Notes under the pieces: model-generated
What the model was told of the DNA's origin: nothing
Database searches by the model: none
Seen by the model: the letters and a program-made list of their open reading frames with translations, nothing else
Shown: positions 56,925-63,807 of the stretch, piece by piece
How the letters are laid out: every line of letters starts with the position of its first letter
Position numbering within the stretch: the stretch's first letter is position 1
Position numbers and translations under genes: made by a program
From: a virus
Direction: 5' to 3' (one strand)
Virus record (IMG/VR): IMGVR_UViG_3300046463_000164
Length of the DNA stretch: 64,000 nucleotides

Positions 56925-58010
56925 TTACATACCCAAAAGAAGATTATCCAACTGTTGCAGTTCCTTCTCAACCTTCACGAAGTGCTTCACCATGAAGATG
57001 TGATCATCATACGTTTCAGCGGCGATATCATCCAACCGTTGTTGGTGAACCCATTCATATCCAGCCGCGTCATCAGCCGGATAGATTTCAGGGAAGTCAT
57101 CAAACATATCAGTGATATCGAAATACACTCCCAACGTACTACGGGGAATACCCATTGCCCGATGCGGGTCATCGAACAGCTTAGTTGCCTTGATACATTT
57201 CTCCAAGGCATCAGGCGGAATATTCGGGCGGCATTCCTCATAAAATTCACGAATCGCAGCTTGTTGGAAAGTCTCATCGCGGTTCTTAAACCCGCCAGGA
57301 GTAGCCTTGCAGCCTTTACCCGGAACGCGAGCGCGGATGATGAACAAGAAGTAATCGCGCCAACGAACAATCGCATCCGCACAGCTGAAGTTCAACGTTT
57401 CCTTATACGGATATCCAGAGAAGCGCAAAGCCTCATCTTGATAATACTTCCACTCTTGCTGTAGGTCCATATTGAAAGGCAACGAATTCAGATATTGAAT
57501 AGTCGCGTAGGGAACTTCTTTGTGCATCTTATTCAGCAGCAAATCTGTCTGATACCCATCAAACCAAGCCTTACGCAGCGTCGTTGCGTCCATGCTACTC
57601 TTGGCTGGTGTAATGCCTTGTTTCCATTCCGGAAACATCTTCAGGTAGAACGTCGATTCATCCTTGTCGCTACCATACAGCGTAATCGTATCTTCCCAAC
57701 GGGCTTGCGAATTCACATTCATGCGAACCATTTCTGCCCAAGCATCGTTGTCAAGAGGATCATCAGGCAGCGGCTTAAACACAAATCTAACTGATGGCGG
57801 AATCTCATAATCCGCCCAGATGTTCTCAGAAATCAGTTCTTCCCGCTGCTTTACCGTGAGGGGATTCTTGATCGACACGCGACGATTGCTAGAGCCTAGC
57901 AGGATGATCACCACATCGTTTTCCAGCGCTGCACGACGCACATGGTCGTGATGTTCATTATGATAGCCTTCAAAACGACCAATCAATACACCAATACGCT
58001 TACTCATCAA
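56925..58010 (-). CDS. bifunctional NMN adenylyltransferase / Nudix hydrolase (NadM/NatV-like)
   Basis: IGRF...H..H, KNP, KD.ST.YL..FP.W; Nudix PGG....ET...A.RE..EE. Confidence 0.9.
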   Translation of the reverse strand: MMSKRIGVLIGRFEGYHNEHHDHVRRAALENDVVIILLGSSNRRVSIKNPLTVKQREELISENIWADYEIPPSVRFVFKPLPDDPLDNDAWAEMVRMNVNSQARWEDTITLYGSDKDESTFYLKMFPEWKQGITPAKSSMDATTLRKAWFDGYQTDLLLNKMHKEVPYATIQYLNSLPFNMDLQQEWKYYQDEALRFSGYPYKETLNFSCADAIVRWRDYFLFIIRARVPGKGCKATPGGFKNRDETFQQAAIREFYEECRPNIPPDALEKCIKATKLFDDPHRAMGIPRSTLGVYFDITDMFDDFPEIYPADDAAGYEWVHQQRLDDIAAETYDDHIFMVKHFVKVEKELQQLDNLLLGM

Positions 58011-58288
58011 TCAGTCACTCCGCTACGAAAATAAAACGCGCCATCTTCAAAACCATAATCTTCTCGATCTTTCCATTCTTTGGCCGGAATGAAAGGGCGG
58101 ATCGCATTTTTGATCGCATCTCCATGTTTCCTTCGGCTAGCAATAGGATCGCCGCCTACGTGCCAAATAATATCGCGGAGGAAAATCGCTTCTTCAACTG
58201 TCAAATTGAGTTGAATGAATTCCTCATCAACAACCTTTTGTACCGGAATCAATACTTTACTGGCTTCAGCCATTTTTACATTCTCCAT
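58007..58288 (-). CDS. hypothetical protein
   Basis: ORF track; first gene after promoter 58305-58332. Confidence 0.65.
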   Translation of the reverse strand: MENVKMAEASKVLIPVQKVVDEEFIQLNLTVEEAIFLRDIIWHVGGDPIASRRKHGDAIKNAIRPFIPAKEWKDREDYGFEDGAFYFRSGVTD

Positions 58289-58398
58289 CGTTAAGGATAC
58301 ATCTATTATACCCTAATATGCGAAAAAGTAAAGAAAAATGCCCTGAGATTTCTCCCAGGGCATAAGTACATAAATGAAAAGTTTGTTATGAAGAAGAT

Positions 58399-58472
58399 TG
58401 GCGGGCCGTCGAGGAATCGAACCCCAGTAACTGGATTTGGAGACCAGCGTAATACCACTATACGAACAACCC
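58399..58472 (-). tRNA. tRNA-Trp(CCA)
   Basis: cloverleaf; loop CTCCAAA; encoded CCA. Confidence 0.9.
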
Positions 58473-58478
58473 ATAATT

Positions 58479-58553
58479 TGGAGTCACATGCGGGAGTCGA
58501 ACCCGCCTTACCTGATAGAAAGTCAAGTGTCCTAACCAATAGACGAATGTGAC
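58479..58553 (-). tRNA. tRNA-Glu(TTC)
   Basis: cloverleaf; loop CTTTCTA; CCA. Confidence 0.9.
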
Positions 58554-58595
58554 ATAGACTGTTTCTTGTTTGGGTACAGTTAAACCCATAGTAAT

Positions 58596-58736
58596 CGGAG
58601 GGATGAGCGCGGAATCGAACCGGCCCAACTGGAGATCAACCCAGTACTCTACGGCGTCCATGTCAAATATATTGTTTCTCCGATGCGGCCAGCGCTAGCA
58701 GAAAAGGTTCCGCAATATAAGTGTGTAGATCATCCC
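58596..58736 (-). ncRNA. 141-nt tRNA-like RNA
   Basis: GGGATGA/TCATCCC acceptor and GGTTCGATTCC T-arm with expanded interior. Confidence 0.65.
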
Positions 58737-58745
58737 ATTGAAACT

Positions 58746-58823
58746 TGGTGGACCGTGTCGGATTCAAACCGACCTGTATCCTACTTGCAAAGCAGGTGAC
58801 CACGTCTAGCAGTCCCACAGCCC
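58746..58823 (-). tRNA. tRNA-Ala(TGC)
   Basis: loop TTTGCAA; G3:U70; CCA. Confidence 0.9.
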
Positions 58824-58841
58824 ATATTACTACTTAATCGT

Positions 58842-58917
58842 TGGCAGGGGTGGTAGGATTCGAACCTACGATAACCGGGTCAAAGCCGATTGCCTTGGGC
58901 CTCTAGGCGACACCCCA
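58842..58917 (-). tRNA. tRNA-Gln(TTG)
   Basis: loop CTTTGAC; CCA. Confidence 0.9.
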
Positions 58918-59002
58918 ACTGAAGGAAGTTGGCTGTTATCGGGAATCCACTTCCCAACACAATCCAGTTCTTAGTGGATACAGATAACTTCCTTTTAAAC
59001 TT

Positions 59003-59078
59003 TGGTGCCCGGTGTCTGATTCGAACAGACAACCCACTGCTTACAAGGCAGTCGCTCTACCGTTGGAGCTAACCGGGC
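59003..59078 (-). tRNA. tRNA-Thr(TGT)
   Basis: loop CTTGTAA; CCA. Confidence 0.92.
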
Positions 59079-59150
59079 ATTAGAGAGTCCAAATTATTTA
59101 ACGTTGCTGTCCTCTACAAGCCCACAACGCTTCCCATCCCGATGAGAATT

Positions 59151-59237
59151 TGGTGCCAAGGGCCGGATTCGAACCGGCACGCCCTTTCGAACGGCGGATT
59201 TTGAATCCGCTGCATCTACCTATTACACCACCCTGGC
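59151..59237 (-). tRNA. tRNA-Leu(CAA)
   Basis: loop TTCAAAA; long variable arm; CCA. Confidence 0.92.
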
Positions 59238-59242
59238 AATAC

Positions 59243-59327
59243 TGGTGGGCGAAGTGGGACTTGAACCCACACGTCTTTCGACACTGGCTTCTAAGACCAG
59301 CGCGGCTGCCAATTACGCCATTCGCCC
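59243..59327 (-). tRNA. tRNA-Leu(TAG)
   Basis: loop CTTAGAA; long variable arm; CCA; matches heavy CTA use in late genes. Confidence 0.92.
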
Positions 59328-59432
59328 AAATTAGTGGAGAACCAGTTAACTTCGGGGAAACTGGTGCCGCGATTATCTCCTCAAACGGTCTTCATTTACC
59401 GCCACTGGTGGCAAGGCAAATTCTTTTAAACT

Positions 59433-59519
59433 TGGTGGGTGCAGTAGGATTCGAACCTACAACGTTTCTTAAGTAACTGATTTACAGTCAGCGCCCTTCA
59501 GCCATTTGGATACACACCC
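59433..59519 (-). tRNA. tRNA-Tyr(GTA)
   Basis: loop CTGTAAA; long variable arm; CCA. Confidence 0.92.
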
Positions 59520-59528
59520 ATAAAACTT

Positions 59529-59605
59529 TGGTCACCCTGGAAGGATTCGAACCCTCACCACCTGGTCCCAAACCAGGCATGCTAACCGTTAAACACTACA
59601 GGGAG
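59529..59605 (-). tRNA. tRNA-Pro(TGG)
   Basis: loop TTTGGGA; CCA. Confidence 0.9.
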
Positions 59606-59707
59606 ATAGTATTACTACTTAGCACATTTCCAAAGCAGGTCGCAACTCCTACGTCGCTGGGTACTAAACGACCCAGTATCCTTGCTCGCTAGAAGATTTG
59701 GAAAACT

Positions 59708-59785
59708 TGGCTCTCATCATGGGAATCGAACCCAATCTTAAAACCCGTATACCAGGCTCGTGCTTACCATTTACACCATCAGAGA
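59708..59785 (-). tRNA. atypical tRNA, identity undetermined (loop GGTATAC)
   Basis: good D and T arms and CCA, but mismatched acceptor stem and no U33. Confidence 0.55.
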
Positions 59786-59795
59786 ATTGAAACTT

Positions 59796-59871
59796 TGGTC
59801 CGCAGGGCTAGAATCGAACTAGCGACACCAGGCTCTTCAGGCGAGTGCTCTACCAACTGAGCTACCTGCGG
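59796..59871 (-). tRNA. tRNA-Phe(GAA)
   Basis: loop CTGAAGA; two mismatches in anticodon stem; CCA. Confidence 0.8.
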
Positions 59872-59876
59872 ATATT

Positions 59877-59948
59877 TGGTTGCGGGCATAGGAATCGAAC
59901 CCATTCCCTGCTGGCTTATGAGACCAGAGTCCCCCTTGGGAACCCGCA
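59877..59948 (-). tRNA. tRNA-Met/Ile2(CAT) with shortened D-arm
   Basis: loop CTCATAA; CCA. Confidence 0.75.
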
Positions 59949-60193
59949 ATTAAACTTTCAATATTTTTGATAACTAGCCGCAGGCCGCCACAACATCGGC
60001 CATCATTTTCTAGAAATTTTCGCGCGTCTAGGGTTGGGAGTTTAAATCCCATTAGGGTATTTGCGACTTGGGGCATACTTGGCGCCTCACCAGAGGACTC
60101 GAATCGAACGGTTCGCCTTTCTCATTCCATTAGATTATGCATAAATCTGCCGGAAGGATTTCAACCTTGCTCGTAGCTAATTACCAAAAATAT

Positions 60194-60272
60194 TGGCTCC
60201 GCATCTGGGTAACGATCCCAGCTAGTCATTGATTAACAGTCAAGTCCGTGCACCATGCTCGAATTCTGCGGA
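60194..60272 (-). tRNA. tRNA-Asn(GTT)
   Basis: loop CTGTTAA; variant T-loop ATCGTTA; CCA. Confidence 0.8.
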
Positions 60273-60416
60273 ACTGTCTTACTACATAAACATCTATTAT
60301 AACGGTTTACATACAAAAAGTAAAGCGTTATAATATGAATTAGTGCCGTACTTCACTATGTAACCCCTAGAACACACTTAGTGGGAAGCGGTATACAATC
60401 GGCTAGATTACTTAGG

Positions 60417-60490
60417 GGTGACTACTGGGACTTGAACCCAGACTTACCAGATTCACTGTCTGGTTCTCTACCAAATTGAGATATAGCCAC
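60417..60490 (-). tRNA. tRNA-His(GTG)-like, no encoded CCA
   Basis: cloverleaf; loop CAGTGAA; C73. Confidence 0.75.
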
Positions 60491-60524
60491 ACCTAAGCAA
60501 TCGTAAAACTACTTAGGTCAAACT

Positions 60525-60776
60525 TTAGGTATCAGTCTTTGCTTTAAATGCAACACCAGCGGCCAAACCGCCTAGTCCTGCCATCATAGCACCGAATCCT
60601 GTACCAAATGTTACATAATCAAGAGTTCCTGTTTTATAGATAGAGACAATGCCTCCAGCAACAAAAGTAGGAATACCGGTGGTGGAAAGGGCCGCACCAG
60701 CTACTCTAAAAGGACAATAAGAAGTGCCGTTATTTTCAGTCAGGCAATCTTTGATCAGTTTTACTAACGATCCCAT
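60525..60776 (-). CDS. small membrane protein (2 TM)
   Basis: Gly/Ala-rich hydrophobic segments. Confidence 0.65.
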   Translation of the reverse strand: MGSLVKLIKDCLTENNGTSYCPFRVAGAALSTTGIPTFVAGGIVSIYKTGTLDYVTFGTGFGAMMAGLGGLAAGVAFKAKTDT

Positions 60777-60945
60777 TATTCATCCTCAAAAACCAAGCAT
60801 CATCGCATTGCGGATATTGCTTTAGAAAATCCGCATTAGCGCGTTGATATGTTGTCTCAATTACTGATGGATGCGCTCCCTCTTTGATTAGAGTCCCTAG
60901 AACCGAAGTGCTAGCAGCTACCATATCTTTGTAACGATACATCAC
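60736..60945 (-). CDS. hypothetical protein
   Basis: ORF track; AGGA RBS. Confidence 0.55.
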   Translation of the reverse strand: MMYRYKDMVAASTSVLGTLIKEGAHPSVIETTYQRANADFLKQYPQCDDAWFLRMNNGIVSKTDQRLPD

Positions 60946-60955
60946 ATTTCCTATT

Positions 60956-61029
60956 TGGAGCAGGTGACAGGATTCGAACCCGTCTCAACGGAGTGGAAGT
61001 CCGCGGCACAACCTCTATACCACACCTGC
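60956..61029 (-). tRNA. tRNA-Gly(TCC)
   Basis: loop CTTCCAC; U73; CCA. Confidence 0.9.
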
Positions 61030-61103
61030 ATAAATTTGCATCTACAAACCCTAGGCGGTCGTTATTAACCAATCTAGGTTGAATATTTGTAGATGACTAT
61101 ATT

Positions 61104-61178
61104 TGGCGGCTAGTAGGGGAATCGAACCCCTATGTTCGGATAGACAGTTCAACATAATAACCGTTATATGAACTAGCC
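61104..61178 (-). tRNA. tRNA-Asp(GTC)
   Basis: loop CTGTCTA; CCA. Confidence 0.85.
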
Positions 61179-61194
61179 ATTCTTTCTTACAAAA

Positions 61195-62010
61195 TTACTT
61201 AGTCGCTGCGCAAACAGCCTTTTTATCGGCGGTGAACTTTGCGATATCATCAGGCCACACCGACTTTGCGGCTACAGCCTTATTGCCAGGAACCGGGAAA
61301 GTAATTCCAGTATCCTTTTCAATCTTTGATTCCGGTACCAGATACGGCGTCATATCGTTTTTGATAGACAAAGCCTGATGAGGGAACTCAAAATCCATTT
61401 CTTCCTTAGTCGCTGTATCAATCACGATTTTATAGAAAGCGTGCGGCACAACAACCTTATTAGGACCAATTGTCTTGTCTTGCGGACCATAGATCGGACC
61501 AGTATAGACTTGCATCGTATGCTGACGATTAAACGCCCAACCACGCACATTTGTCTCTAGCTCTTCCCAGATACCCGCATTAAACGGATGGATCTGCGGT
61601 GCCATATTAGACAATAGAAAACTTTCCTTGTCCACATTCAAATCCCAAGCCATATCAGCATTATTAGCCAAATGGCCCTTATCATATCCGCTGTTAGTGT
61701 AGTCTTTCAACTCAGCGCGCTTTCCAACAGGAAGCAAAGGATCAGGAATGAAACTATCTTGACGCGGAACACAACCTTCTGAATGCTTCGGAGTCAACGT
61801 ATATGCAACCCAAACCGGAATCTTGGCAACATCGTCATGCTTCAAAACATATGCTTTATGGCACAACTGAGTACCGACTACCTTATCTGTAGGTAGACCC
61901 AACGGGGCTTCTACCGAAGCGATGGCGCAGGGCGTAGAGGCTGCATAAGATGCCGGAGCGCTCACTAGAGTCGATACGGCGATTACTAATGCTGCTAGAA
62001 ATTTCTTCAT
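61195..62010 (-). CDS. DNA/RNA non-specific endonuclease (NucA/EndoG family) with signal peptide
   Basis: MKKFLAALVIAV..SYA signal; P.WVAY, GYDKGHL, SNM.PQ...N.G.W..LE and VP..FYK motifs. Confidence 0.92.
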   Translation of the reverse strand: MKKFLAALVIAVSTLVSAPASYAASTPCAIASVEAPLGLPTDKVVGTQLCHKAYVLKHDDVAKIPVWVAYTLTPKHSEGCVPRQDSFIPDPLLPVGKRAELKDYTNSGYDKGHLANNADMAWDLNVDKESFLLSNMAPQIHPFNAGIWEELETNVRGWAFNRQHTMQVYTGPIYGPQDKTIGPNKVVVPHAFYKIVIDTATKEEMDFEFPHQALSIKNDMTPYLVPESKIEKDTGITFPVPGNKAVAAKSVWPDDIAKFTADKKAVCAATK

Positions 62011-62034
62011 CTTTATCCAAAGTTTGTTAAAATC

Positions 62035-62177
62035 TGGCGGGTTACTATCGTCCCGCAGGCACCTTCAAGAGCACCAGGTTAGGCTTCTCTTAAGCATATC
62101 GTATCCCCAAGCGTCCGAGGGGAATCAACTGTAACTTCAGTTTACATTATCACGGATTTCACAGCCCGTTTCCTGCC
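62035..62177 (-). ncRNA. candidate multi-stem RNA ending in CCA
   Basis: several hairpins inside a GCAGG/CCTGC closing stem. Confidence 0.5.
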
Positions 62178-62187
62178 GATTGTACTC

Positions 62188-62571
62188 TTACGACCAATCC
62201 CACATATGGCTCTTGGGATTCTCAAAAACCATCGGCTCATAATTATCAGGGTCTTTCATATACTTGATCAACTCCTGCTTATTGTGAGACCGCAATTCTA
62301 TTTCACGATTTTGGCGAAACCAACGGCTGGGAGTCCAAGCATTCTTGGAGCGACTTTCGCCATGGATTCGTTTGTATTCGTGGTTTCTTTCTTGTTCAGA
62401 CATAGGACGAAAGAATTCTTCGGTTCTGCCCCAAATCCAACAATCACCTCCATCCTTTTGATAGTATTCATAATCGGAAGTGGTATAGAAACCGTTGGTC
62501 TTACGTCCCTTGTTATCCCAGCTATTACGTTGTGTATCTTCGAAATTTTTACGTCGAAAGGTTCTGCTCAT
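62188..62571 (-). CDS. hypothetical phage protein (MSRTFRRK N-terminus)
   Basis: ORF track; GGAG RBS. Confidence 0.75.
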   Translation of the reverse strand: MSRTFRRKNFEDTQRNSWDNKGRKTNGFYTTSDYEYYQKDGGDCWIWGRTEEFFRPMSEQERNHEYKRIHGESRSKNAWTPSRWFRQNREIELRSHNKQELIKYMKDPDNYEPMVFENPKSHMWDWS

Positions 62572-62647
62572 TTAGTTTCTCCATATATGTTAACTTACAT
62601 ATATGAGAAGCCTTGTAATGATGAACAATAAACATAAATCTCCTAAT

Positions 62648-62737
62648 TGGCGGAAGCAGTAGGATTCGAACCCACGGACCCAGTGAAGAGTCGCCAGTTT
62701 TCTAAACTGGTGCAATCGACCGCTCTGCCATGCTTCC
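62648..62737 (-). tRNA. tRNA-Ser(AGA)
   Basis: CCAGT-TTAGAAA-ACTGG; long variable arm; G73; CCA. Confidence 0.88.
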
Positions 62738-62744
62738 AGTAAAA

Positions 62745-62999
62745 CTACTTAGCCACTTGTCGTTGAACATGCTGATTTGCATGCGCTTTCGCTTCGTGCT
62801 CGCTATCAAAATGATAGTCGTTTTCCTTGCCGGTGTACTTACCGTCCACGTAATGCGTTACTCGGTACTTGTCGCCAGTAGGTTTGACCTTGGCTTCATG
62901 TTGAGCTCCACCGCGTCTTTGTGCCGTAGCAGTATGTACAAAACCGTGTTGATCAGGCTCAGTTTGTAAGCCTTCGTGTAAATCTGCAAACTTACCCAT
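62745..62999 (-). CDS. small protein, probable capsid-packaged internal protein
   Basis: MGKFADLHE leader; GGAG RBS. Confidence 0.65.
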   Translation of the reverse strand: MGKFADLHEGLQTEPDQHGFVHTATAQRRGGAQHEAKVKPTGDKYRVTHYVDGKYTGKENDYHFDSEHEAKAHANQHVQRQVAK

Positions 63000-63013
63000 C
63001 TGAACTCCAAATT

Positions 63014-63089
63014 TGGTACCAGGGGCAGGATTCGAACCTGCGACAAACGGATTATCGGTCCGCTACTCTACCAACTGAGTTACCCTGGT
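63014..63089 (-). tRNA. tRNA-Ile(GAT)
   Basis: loop CCGATAA; CCA. Confidence 0.88.
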
Positions 63090-63109
63090 ATTGTAAAATT
63101 ACTTAGTAC

Positions 63110-63184
63110 TGGTCCCGCGTCAAGGAATCGAACCTCATTCTGACGGTGAACATACCGCCCATCCTACCAATAAACGAACGCGGG
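63110..63184 (-). tRNA. atypical tRNA with 8-nt anticodon loop (TATGTTCA)
   Basis: perfect acceptor stem, canonical T-arm, CCA. Confidence 0.65.
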
Positions 63185-63191
63185 ATAAAAC

Positions 63192-63303
63192 TGGTGGTAG
63201 TGGAGGAATCGAACCTCAAAATCCCGAATGCAGTATCTCAATCACTGACGCCTGTTTAGTGATCGTCGGGTTCCCAATACTGTAGGCACCTTGCCTAACT
63301 ACC
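63192..63303 (-). ncRNA. 112-nt tRNA-like RNA with expanded anticodon arm
   Basis: GGTAGT/ACTACC acceptor, T-arm GAGGTTCGATTCCTC, CCA. Confidence 0.7.
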
Positions 63304-63311
63304 GTGAAACT

Positions 63312-63440
63312 TGGCCGGAACTGATGGAATTGAACCATCAATTTGTCTTTCACTACTCAGATCGTATCGCACTCTGGCGCCGTTTTAATTTCATTACTTC
63401 CCAATACACATGGGATTCCTTACCACTTGGATAAGTTCCG
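63312..63440 (-). ncRNA. 129-nt tRNA-like RNA with very long variable region
   Basis: CGGAACT/AGTTCCG acceptor, D arm, T arm, CCA. Confidence 0.7.
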
Positions 63441-63446
63441 TAAACT

Positions 63447-63522
63447 TGGTCGAGATAGGTGGAATCGAACCACCGACACGCGGAATATGAATCCGATGCT
63501 CTACCTACTGAGCTATATCTCG
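63447..63522 (-). tRNA. tRNA-Met/Ile2(CAT)
   Basis: loop TTCATAT; CCA. Confidence 0.88.
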
Positions 63523-63524
63523 TT

Positions 63525-63608
63525 TGGAGGGTAGAGAGGGATTTGAACCCACGAACCTTGCGGACCGGGTTTGCAATCCGGCGCTTTTGACCTCTCAGCC
63601 ATCTACCC
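63525..63608 (-). tRNA. tRNA-Cys(GCA) with long variable arm
   Basis: loop TTGCAAA; U73; CCA. Confidence 0.82.
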
Positions 63609-63618
63609 CTCAGTAAAA

Positions 63619-63807
63619 CTACTTAGTTGCTGCTTGCTCGCGTGACTTATCGTTCGGGCCGCGCTTCTTTGCGGTATACAAACGCTTCGCTGGATCCTTG
63701 CCATGAGCAGGCTTAGTTTGCTTCGGACCCTTTTCGCCGCGCTTATGCATTGCCGTGATTTGCTTTGCTTCAGCGCGCTTCTTAACATTCTTACTTTGAC
63801 GAGACAT
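63619..63807 (-). CDS. small, highly basic protein
   Basis: ORF track; Lys/Arg-rich. Confidence 0.65.
   Translation of the reverse strand: MSRQSKNVKKRAEAKQITAMHKRGEKGPKQTKPAHGKDPAKRLYTAKKRGPNDKSREQAATK

Noticed and set aside
55876-57003. 375-aa plus-strand ORF
   Set aside because: Antisense shadow of NAMPT caused by codon bias.
60080-60103. tRNA gene
   Set aside because: Only a 3' remnant (TTCGAGTCCTCTGGTGAGGCGCCA); no matching 5' half could be found nearby.
58306-60176. ORF-track entries overlapping tRNA genes (58306, 58458, 59150, 59837, 59967)
   Set aside because: They overlap clear tRNA cloverleaves and lack RBSs.
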